Virus record (IMG/VR): IMGVR_UViG_3300020577_008610
Location: 64,001-128,000 of that record
Length of the DNA stretch: 64,000 bases
Source: a virus
Lineage: Duplodnaviria; Caudoviricetes
Strand: one strand, 5' to 3'
The translations under genes were made by a program, and so were the position numbers. The notes under the pieces were generated by a model. That model searched no databases. It saw only the letters and a list, made by a program, of their open reading frames with translations, and was not told the origin of the DNA. Below, piece by piece: positions 57,314-64,000 of the stretch. Position 1 is the stretch's first letter; every line of letters begins with the position of its first letter.

Positions 57314-57357
57314 GCTCACCAGAGAGAAGCGAGGTCTCTGGTGAGCTTTCTTCTTTC
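57314..57357 (+). terminator. Rho-independent terminator
   Basis: GCTCACCAGAGA...TCTCTGGTGAGC then T-rich tract. Confidence 0.8.
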
Positions 57358-57775
57358 TGGTGTGCACCCTATCCCTTTCAATTGAGTTGTGGTATACTTA
57401 GAAACGGAACTCCCGGTTGTGCCACAACCAAAAGACAAAGCCAAGGCTTTTGTCGCCTTGGCTACCGGGATAAGGTTCGTGAGTGACCGAGAGCAGGAAT
57501 ACTCACGTGAGGTACAGACGGACGCCAAGAGCAGAAAGTCCATGGCCGTGAGAGATGTTTGATGGTTTCTCATCTCTTTTCGGTTGGGGTTCCGGAACCC
57601 AAAGACCATCTCTCGCCCTGGGGGTAAAGGGTAGTCCAGATAAGTGAGCCCAAGCTTCCTGGAACTTGCAACTTGTGGTCTCGGTGTGGTTCAGAGGTTG
57701 CATGTGTGTTTCTTGATTGAAGGTTCTGGAATACCTCTTGAATCGCTTGGTTGGGATCCGTCAATTCCCAACACC

Positions 57776-57847
57776 CTCTCTGTAGTTGAACGGATACAAC
57801 GCGGCTCTCCTAAAGCTGAGATTCGGGTTCGATTCCCGACAGGGAGA
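57776..57847 (+). tRNA. tRNA-Arg(CCT)
   Basis: Acceptor CTCTCTG/CAGGGAG; anticodon arm CGGCT-CTCCTAA-AGCTG; T-arm TCGGGTTCGATTCCCGA; CCA not encoded. Confidence 0.88.
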
Positions 57848-57928
57848 CTACATTTCAGATGACTGAAAGACGAACTTTCTCCTAAGAAGTCAGTTTTTCT
57901 GCTATCCTAAGCCAAGGAAATAATTTCA

Positions 57929-58798
57929 ATGACACACAGGATTGCTTGGTTAACCGACATTCACCTTGACTGGCTCACGGAGTTCGTCCATGAGCCTGGA
58001 GGCGGGATGACGAGCACAGGAAGAGTGCTATCTGAGTCACAGGTAGCAAGCTTCTGCCGCAAGGTAATGGCCCAGAAGCCTGATTCTGTCGTCATCACAG
58101 GGGACATCTCAACGGCTGAGGGACTCGAAGTCCACCTGATGTGGCTTGAAAAGTACCTTCCCGGCATCCCGGTCTATTTCGTCCTAGGGAATCATGATTA
58201 CTACAACGGTTCTATCAATGTCGTTCGGGCCTCCATTGCAAAGTACGATGGCACAAAAACTAGGACTCAGTGGCTCAATGTTTCGGGGATTGTGAAGCTT
58301 ACCGAGAAGACGGCTTTGGTTGGTCATGATGGCTGGTACGATGGCGGCTATTCTGATTGGTTCAAGAGTAAGCTCGTCATGACCGAGTACATTCTCACGT
58401 CTGATTTTCGGTTTCAACCACCGGCACTTCAACATCGAAGGCTTGTTGAGCTGGCTACACAGTGTGGGCATCACATCGACCGGTATGTGCAAGAGGCAGC
58501 CTCCAACGGCTTTCAGCATGTTTTGTTCGCAACCCACGTTCCACCTTTCCGAGAAAACTCCAGGGCTCCTGACCATAGCCTTAGCAACAAAGACTGGCTT
58601 CCAAACATGGCCTCCAAGATCGCAGGCGATGCCCTTCTGAAGGTTGCTGAGACTTATCCTGGAGTTAAGTTCACCTGTCTCTCAGGACATACCCACACCC
58701 GATGGGAACAGGACTATAGACACAACTTGACGTGCATGACCGGACAGGCACAATATGGCTCTCCGGAGGTTTCTATCCGGGTTTTGGAGGTTGAATAG
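57929..58798 (+). CDS. Calcineurin-like metallophosphoesterase (Icc/CpdA-like)
   Basis: TDIH; TGDIS; LGNHD; THVPP; SGHTH. Confidence 0.92.
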   Translation: MTHRIAWLTDIHLDWLTEFVHEPGGGMTSTGRVLSESQVASFCRKVMAQKPDSVVITGDISTAEGLEVHLMWLEKYLPGIPVYFVLGNHDYYNGSINVVRASIAKYDGTKTRTQWLNVSGIVKLTEKTALVGHDGWYDGGYSDWFKSKLVMTEYILTSDFRFQPPALQHRRLVELATQCGHHIDRYVQEAASNGFQHVLFATHVPPFRENSRAPDHSLSNKDWLPNMASKIAGDALLKVAETYPGVKFTCLSGHTHTRWEQDYRHNLTCMTGQAQYGSPEVSIRVLEVE

Positions 58799-58827
58799 TA
58801 TAGTTAGATGGGACCGGAGGTGGTCCT

Positions 58828-59472
58828 ATGTTGATTTACTATGATGGCAACTCTAACAAATCTGGGATATACGAGATTCGGAATAGGCATACGAATCGGT
58901 CGTATATTGGCCAAACGAACAACTTCAAGAAGCGTGTGGCTCATCACAGGTGTTCGTTGTTGAGGAATTCGGGGTGCAATGCCTACTTCCTGAATGACTT
59001 CAAAAAGTGCCATCAAGAGCTTGGACATACTAGCTTTTTGGAGTTCCATGTAATTGAAACCATGGAAGGGTCAACCAAGGAAGATAGAAACAAACGAGAA
59101 GACTTCTGGATCAAGAAAGCAAGGAAGATTTATGGCCGTAAAAACGTCTACAACTTCATTACCAGCAACCAAACCCAATGCTACTCTCGGACTCCCGAGG
59201 ATACCTTCAAACGGCTCTCAAACCGACCCAAGCGGTTTGGGCAGAAGAATCCAATGTATGGCAAGCTTGGACTTGCCAACCCTATGGGAAAAGTGTATCA
59301 AGTACAGCTCCAGGCTCCGGATGGCCAGATTCATGGGCCAATAGAGGGCTTACGGGTGTTTTGTCGAAAACATGGCTTAGTTGCAACCAAACTATGTGCT
59401 GTCATCAAAGGCAGAAGAAAGAGTCACCTCGGATGGAAGTTGGTAGGGAACAGGACTATACACCCAACTTGA
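58828..59472 (+). CDS. GIY-YIG homing endonuclease
   Basis: SGIYEIRN...YIGQT..F.KR..H; KNPMYGK. Confidence 0.9.
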   Translation: MLIYYDGNSNKSGIYEIRNRHTNRSYIGQTNNFKKRVAHHRCSLLRNSGCNAYFLNDFKKCHQELGHTSFLEFHVIETMEGSTKEDRNKREDFWIKKARKIYGRKNVYNFITSNQTQCYSRTPEDTFKRLSNRPKRFGQKNPMYGKLGLANPMGKVYQVQLQAPDGQIHGPIEGLRVFCRKHGLVATKLCAVIKGRRKSHLGWKLVGNRTIHPT

Positions 59473-59540
59473 CTTGTTTCACCGGCCATGCCAAGTACGG
59501 AGAACCCATCTCATCCCTTCGCATTATTGAAGTGAATTAG
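59446..59540 (+). pseudogene. Orphan duplicate of the phosphoesterase 3' end
   Basis: EQDYTPNLTCFTGHAKYGEPISSLRIIEVN vs EQDYRHNLTCMTGQAQYGSPEVSIRVLEVE. Confidence 0.85.
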
Positions 59541-59586
59541 TCGCTGACCAGAATTCGGTAGAATCCTCTTTCAGGAGCTGTTATAC

Positions 59587-59658
59587 TATTTCATAGCTAG
59601 CAAAGATAACTTCCTGTCTCCAAAGTGAAACGGTTTGGGTTCAATTCCTCGTAAAATT
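59587..59658 (+). pseudogene. Degenerate tRNA-Trp(CCA)-like sequence
   Basis: TAGCT at the D-arm start, CTCCAAA loop, GGTTCAATTCC T-loop; stems poorly paired. Confidence 0.45.
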
Positions 59659-59709
59659 GGAATCTTTCTCACAGTTCAGTTTCAAACACAAACAAGAGCA
59701 AAACAAGCA

Positions 59710-59943
59710 ATGACCACTCTAAAAGAAGCAGTCGATTCATTTCAAGCCAAGTACAGCCAACATCCCATCTGGAAGAGCATCTGGTCGGTAGGAGCGGATG
59801 AGGCCTATGGGGTCATCCACGTTTACACAGCAAATGCCAAAATTTGGGTGGACTTGCCTAGCAAGCATGAGGGATTTTCTGTTAAGATGAATGTGGTTCG
59901 TAAGCCACGACCAGCAGCATCGAAGTACCAAGCCGGAACCTAA
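59710..59943 (+). CDS. Hypothetical protein
   Basis: 77-aa ORF with TAATG coupling to the next gene. Confidence 0.6.
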   Translation: MTTLKEAVDSFQAKYSQHPIWKSIWSVGADEAYGVIHVYTANAKIWVDLPSKHEGFSVKMNVVRKPRPAASKYQAGT

Positions 59944-60167
59944 TGTCCTGGAATTACCGCGTAATTCGCTTCTGTGATTTAACCACAGGAGATTGTACCT
60001 ATGCTGTTCATGAGGTTTACTACGACAAATGTGGTAAGCCCACCTCTTGCTCTGAGTCTCCCAGTGCTCCATTGGGAGAGACTCCACAGGAGCTGAAGAG
60101 ATGCCTTAAGCTTATGGCATTTGCCTTCAAGAAGCCCATCCTAGATTTCGAGGACTTCTCTCCATAA
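59943..60167 (+). CDS. Conserved phage protein (WNYRV type)
   Basis: MSWNYRVIR...HEVYYD..G. Confidence 0.75.
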   Translation: MSWNYRVIRFCDLTTGDCTYAVHEVYYDKCGKPTSCSESPSAPLGETPQELKRCLKLMAFAFKKPILDFEDFSP

Positions 60168-60315
60168 TTCCTTCAATTTCTACTCTTCATTGGGCTATCA
60201 TTCACTGGCCGTTCGACAACGATGACAGTTCAAATGGGGAACCCAAGTCTTGGGTTGTTTGGCGGCTTGACTTCTTCAGGAGTCAAAGAAAGCTACCTGG
60301 AGCGGAACAAGGAAC

Positions 60316-60660
60316 TTGCCGATGCCCTTCTACAAAGTTATCCCGGATTCAGGTGCAACGGCCTTGAAGCCAATCCTGGTTGACCGCAAAGAAACCACAG
60401 GAGGCAAGAAATATCACTCAAACTTCGAGCTGGAAGGGCAGAACAAAGCCAAGTTCCAAATTGCTCGCATTCACAGCATTCCTCAAGGAACCATGGGTCT
60501 TTACCTGGGAACTGACTTCTCTTACAGGATTGGCCATCCGGAAGACAAAATCCCGATGATTGAATTGCTTGTTGGGGAAGAGCGGTTGTATTTCTATGCT
60601 GCCCATGTTAGGCTTGTCACACCCGAAGAAATTGAATCCTTGAAGGAAGAACCGAAATGA
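60316..60660 (+). CDS. SH3-like family protein
   Basis: IPQGTMGLYLG...IELLVGEERLYF. Confidence 0.6.
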   Translation: MPMPFYKVIPDSGATALKPILVDRKETTGGKKYHSNFELEGQNKAKFQIARIHSIPQGTMGLYLGTDFSYRIGHPEDKIPMIELLVGEERLYFYAAHVRLVTPEEIESLKEEPK

Positions 60661-61268
60661 ATTTGGATAAAGCTCTAGAGCAGATGGTCATTATTGACCT
60701 TGAAGCCACATGTGATAAGCCAATGCCGTTCTGGCAGAGCGAAATCATTCAGGTTGGAGTTTGCCTTTTGAATCTTCAATCACTGAAAATCACGAAGTCA
60801 CGTCAAATTCTGGTGAAGCCAGAAAGAACTCCTATCACAGGTTTCTGCACTACCCTTACCGGCATCACTCCGGAACTGGTGGCACGAGAAGGGGTCACTC
60901 TGGCTGAGGCCATGAGAATCCTGGAGAAAGAGTACAAGCTGGATGAGAGAACCTGGGCTACCTGGGGCGATTATGAGCTGAAGATGTTGGAGACAGACTG
61001 CGAAGCAAAGAGAATTACCTCCCCAGGTCGCATCCAAAATCACATTAACCTGAAACGACTTCTAGCCGTGGAACTCGGTCTTCTATGGGAGGATGATTTG
61101 GATGCTGCTCTAGCTCGATTCAGACTGAACTTTGAAGATCTTCACCCCCAAGAGATAGATGCTGTTGACATCGCCCAAATCTACCAGAAGCACCTGACAA
61201 AAGTCAGGGCTTGCGAACCATCCTGTGGAGAACCCGGTTTGTGGCCTCTCAAAGGTTGGGACCTGTGA
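60657..61268 (+). CDS. DEDDh 3'-5' exonuclease
   Basis: IIDLEATC; EIIQVG; FCTTLTGIT; WGDYE; H...DA. Confidence 0.85.
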   Translation: MNLDKALEQMVIIDLEATCDKPMPFWQSEIIQVGVCLLNLQSLKITKSRQILVKPERTPITGFCTTLTGITPELVAREGVTLAEAMRILEKEYKLDERTWATWGDYELKMLETDCEAKRITSPGRIQNHINLKRLLAVELGLLWEDDLDAALARFRLNFEDLHPQEIDAVDIAQIYQKHLTKVRACEPSCGEPGLWPLKGWDL

Positions 61269-61323
61269 TGGAAGATGTCTTTGATTGGCCTTGGAGTCAA
61301 TCAAGGCTGGTTATGCTCTTTCC

Positions 61324-61731
61324 ATGTCAACTGCCTCAATTAAGCATGAAAGCGGCAACTCCATGAGCAATACCTTCGTTGAGATGGCCTCGAAATACAA
61401 GAAGGACCTTCAGTCCCACCTGCGGGCACAAGTTGAGGAGTTCGCCAAGGAAAATCCAAAGTATTGTGGGATTCAGTGGGATCAGTACACTCCGTCTTTC
61501 AACGACGGTGAACCCTGCTATGCCACCATGTCTGACCTTCGACTTCTTCTCGTTGACGAGGAAGAGGGAGATGGTTACATTGATGCCTACGAGTTCGATA
61601 GTTTCACTCCCGAAGGCCAAATCAACGAGTTAATTTCTGACAGCATTGGCCTGATGACTTGGCTGTTCGAGGATGACAAGACCATCACAATCACAGCCTC
61701 CACTGTGACCACAGAGGATTACAGAGAATGA
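61324..61731 (+). CDS. YTPxFNDG-motif protein, paralogue A
   Basis: IQWDQYTPSFNDGEPCY. Confidence 0.75.
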   Translation: MSTASIKHESGNSMSNTFVEMASKYKKDLQSHLRAQVEEFAKENPKYCGIQWDQYTPSFNDGEPCYATMSDLRLLLVDEEEGDGYIDAYEFDSFTPEGQINELISDSIGLMTWLFEDDKTITITASTVTTEDYRE

Positions 61732-62216
61732 AGCAGAGCATCCAAGATAAGCTCAACGAAATCAACGAAGCCCGTCAGAACTACAAGGCCCTCATGCAAA
61801 AGCATGGGGCTGCTCTGGTTCAGGAGATGGCCAACGACATCTTCGATGCCTTCCCGGTCGTTCGAGCCATTCAGTGGACACAGTACACTCCGTATTTCAA
61901 TGACGGAGATCCCTGCTACTTCAGTGTCAACGAAGCCCGGATCGCACTGAACGAAGACTTCATGGAGAGTCTGCAAGCCTCAGAAAAGCAGTGCCTCTAC
62001 GAATGCCGTGATGATTTCATGGAGTTTTCCTATCGTCTTGACGACCACCCGGACTCTCCGACCGCCAAGGTGTTGAAGAAGATCAAGAAAGCCCTGGGAG
62101 AATTCCAGGGTGTCCTGAACGACCTCTCGGAAGCCATGGAGGAAGCCTTCGGGGACCACCAGCAAATCACCATCACTCGGGATGGGGTTGAATCCGAAGA
62201 GTATAGCCACGACTAA
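61728..62216 (+). CDS. YTPxFNDG-motif protein, paralogue B
   Basis: IQWTQYTPYFNDGDPCYF; FGDH.QITIT..EEYSHD. Confidence 0.8.
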   Translation: MKQSIQDKLNEINEARQNYKALMQKHGAALVQEMANDIFDAFPVVRAIQWTQYTPYFNDGDPCYFSVNEARIALNEDFMESLQASEKQCLYECRDDFMEFSYRLDDHPDSPTAKVLKKIKKALGEFQGVLNDLSEAMEEAFGDHQQITITRDGVESEEYSHD

Positions 62217-62253
62217 GGGTCAACAGAACTTTAGAGCAAGAGGAGAGCCGCAG

Positions 62254-62877
62254 ATGAAGCCGTTGCAGCATGCCAAGATCAGTGCCAAGAAGCATGGCGG
62301 TAAGTGGGAGGACTACATCGACATCCATGAGTTCTTCGACCAGACCAAGGCACACATCCCGGACATGAGGCACCGTGCCATCCTGCATAACTCCCTGGGC
62401 ATCTACATTGCCCAGCAAGTGTTCGGTGAGGTTCGGACCAACAGTGCTGGTCGGGAATACTCCGTTCGGGACATTGGGGAAGACCACGTTTTGGAGGACT
62501 TGGGAACCATTCCTTCCATGGCTTCCATCATCGAATGCATTGATACCAAACATTTGAAATGGCTCGGCGGCTTACCCAAGAACAAGCGAACCTTGGTTAG
62601 CAAGATACCCCGCAAGAAGTCCGATGAGCCACCAGAGGAGATCATCCACGAAGGGGCCTGTACGGCCTGCGGACTGGAAGATGGCCGCCACACCCAGGAG
62701 TGCCCCGAGAAGGGCAAGGAAAGGACGCTGGAGGTCAAGGAAGGGTTGGTTGATGGGAAGTGTGAAGACTGTCCAGATTTGAAGAGAGTTGAAGAGGCTC
62801 CACACTCTGGACTCTCGGGCAGGGACATGGTAGTAGATGGAGCGGCTTCTTTCCGAAGCGCATTGATGAGGGACTAA
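62254..62877 (+). CDS. DUF6915-like His-rich protein
   Basis: P.QHA.ISAKKHGG..EDY..IH.FFD.TK...DMRHRAILH...IGEDHV.EDLG.IP. Confidence 0.75.
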   Translation: MKPLQHAKISAKKHGGKWEDYIDIHEFFDQTKAHIPDMRHRAILHNSLGIYIAQQVFGEVRTNSAGREYSVRDIGEDHVLEDLGTIPSMASIIECIDTKHLKWLGGLPKNKRTLVSKIPRKKSDEPPEEIIHEGACTACGLEDGRHTQECPEKGKERTLEVKEGLVDGKCEDCPDLKRVEEAPHSGLSGRDMVVDGAASFRSALMRD

Positions 62878-62898
62878 CGCCCCAAAAGGACTAAGATA

Positions 62899-63246
62899 AT
62901 GGCACACCGGATTCACATTCCAACCGTAGGAGACAAATTGGTTCTTGCAGAACCATGGACCTTTACCCTGCATTATGAGTACCGAAACAAGAAGTTGTTC
63001 CAGATGGCAATTCCGGTCAAAGACCGGGAAGGCGGCGGATACGGCAAGTTGGGTAATTCTTTGCAACTAACATTCCCGACAGGCTGGGAACTGAAGGTTA
63101 CTCGGGTATACATCCGGCAAGGACGGCCGGGATATGATTCCATTAGCTTTATGTGCCCCTACAATGGGAAGAATGTAAGGTTTTGGGTCAAACTACAAGA
63201 TGTCAACAAGATGATCGTGGTGGAGGAGAGTGAGCATGACGATTGA
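62899..63246 (+). CDS. Phage hypothetical protein
   Basis: IP..GD.L.LA..W.F.L..EYRN; RVYIRQG...YDS..F. Confidence 0.7.
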   Translation: MAHRIHIPTVGDKLVLAEPWTFTLHYEYRNKKLFQMAIPVKDREGGGYGKLGNSLQLTFPTGWELKVTRVYIRQGRPGYDSISFMCPYNGKNVRFWVKLQDVNKMIVVEESEHDD

Positions 63247-63628
63247 ACTCACCGAAGAAGAGAAGGCTATGACTCTGGAGGAGTTTGAGGATCAGCAAGA
63301 GAAGATAGACCGTCCGCCGGATATCCAGGATGAGAATAGAAATTGGGTCTGTGGTGAGTGCAAGGATCGGCACCTGGATTCTTGTAAGATTTACCAGCAT
63401 TTCCGAAGATGGTATGAAAAGCTGACTCAGGAGAACGAGAAGGCTCAAAATCAGCCACGCCCTGAGTGGATGTGTTCGGGATGTGACGAACCCAAGGAAG
63501 GGCCTCATCGATTCTCCTGTTATGCGAGTGAAACCAAAGCAAATCAACTGACGGTTTCGGCAACTCAGAAAGAGGATGGGACGTTTATGACCCATCTTTC
63601 AGGGACAGACCTATCTTTAAAAGGGTGA
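63236..63628 (+). CDS. Protein with two C..C/H.C zinc-finger-like units
   Basis: WVCGEC..H..C and WMCSGC..H..C. Confidence 0.6.
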   Translation: MTIELTEEEKAMTLEEFEDQQEKIDRPPDIQDENRNWVCGECKDRHLDSCKIYQHFRRWYEKLTQENEKAQNQPRPEWMCSGCDEPKEGPHRFSCYASETKANQLTVSATQKEDGTFMTHLSGTDLSLKG

Positions 63629-64000
63629 GCTATACCACCCTTCAAACCAAACTGGCAAAGCTAAAGAATGGGGACCGACTTCCCCTAGACATGCTACGAG
63701 AGCTTGCTGACTGTAACCCTCATTGGTCTTTTTATAAAGGGAAACAGCAATTCAAGCTGGCGGATCATATTTCCCTTGTCTCTGAGTTCAGATTTCGGAG
63801 GTGGACCGAGAGCACCCAGAAGACAGATGGCTCGTGGAACTTCCATGAGGCCAAGGGGAACCTGACGTTCAAGGATGGCACCAAAGCTACCGTTCACTTC
63901 GACCAATCCAGCTTTTACAAGATGGACGTTTTGGGTTCCAGATACAGGAGCACTTATTTCAGTCTTTTGAAGCCTGGAAAGTTGGCTATTGTGGCCGAAG
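63625..64000 (+). CDS. Hypothetical protein (partial, runs off window)
   Basis: GTGA overlap; frame open to the window end. Confidence 0.55.
   Translation, partial: MSYTTLQTKLAKLKNGDRLPLDMLRELADCNPHWSFYKGKQQFKLADHISLVSEFRFRRWTESTQKTDGSWNFHEAKGNLTFKDGTKATVHFDQSSFYKMDVLGSRYRSTYFSLLKPGKLAIVAE

Noticed and set aside
57525-57545. RNase P RNA, suggested by GAAAGTCC
   Set aside because: The 3' P4 consensus was not found
57848-57900. HDV-like theta ribozyme after the tRNA
   Set aside because: Only short stems are present; the nested double pseudoknot could not be built
1-64000. Stop-codon reassignment, as seen in some large phages
   Set aside because: Long conserved genes are intact in the standard code, and TAG, TGA and TAA all end genes at the expected places

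Overview
This window is from a large (jumbo/huge-type) T4-like myophage genome read in the standard code. From left to right: (i) late baseplate genes (gp6-like wedge, gp25-like, gp5/VgrG-like hub) and a phage sigma factor; (ii) a ~20 kb glycosylation cluster with 8-9 glycosyltransferase-like genes, a UDP-sugar dehydrogenase carrying two inteins, a methyltransferase and a radical-SAM enzyme; (iii) a Cas4-like nuclease, a prim-pol gene, tail-fibre-like virion genes, a PIN-PhoH gene with a class 3 intein, an Hc1-like histone and a degenerate GroEL-like chaperonin; (iv) a ~1 kb gene-poor segment at 44.2-45.2 kb where the + strand flips from C-rich to G-rich (candidate origin); (v) an early/accessory region with a large family of divergent small SH3-like genes, a GmrSD-like protein, tRNA-Arg, decayed tRNAs and a DUF6915 module. 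Seven free-standing homing-endonuclease-like genes are present (one cut by the window edge). The most notable signals are the SH3-like paralogue array, two endonuclease cassettes that appear to have replaced the 3' end of their host gene and left the old end behind, a dispersed motif TCTTGGTTATCCTCCACG, and a recurrent LRKAGLK micro-ORF family linked to capsid-like fragments. All family assignments come from motif recognition by eye; no database search was run.
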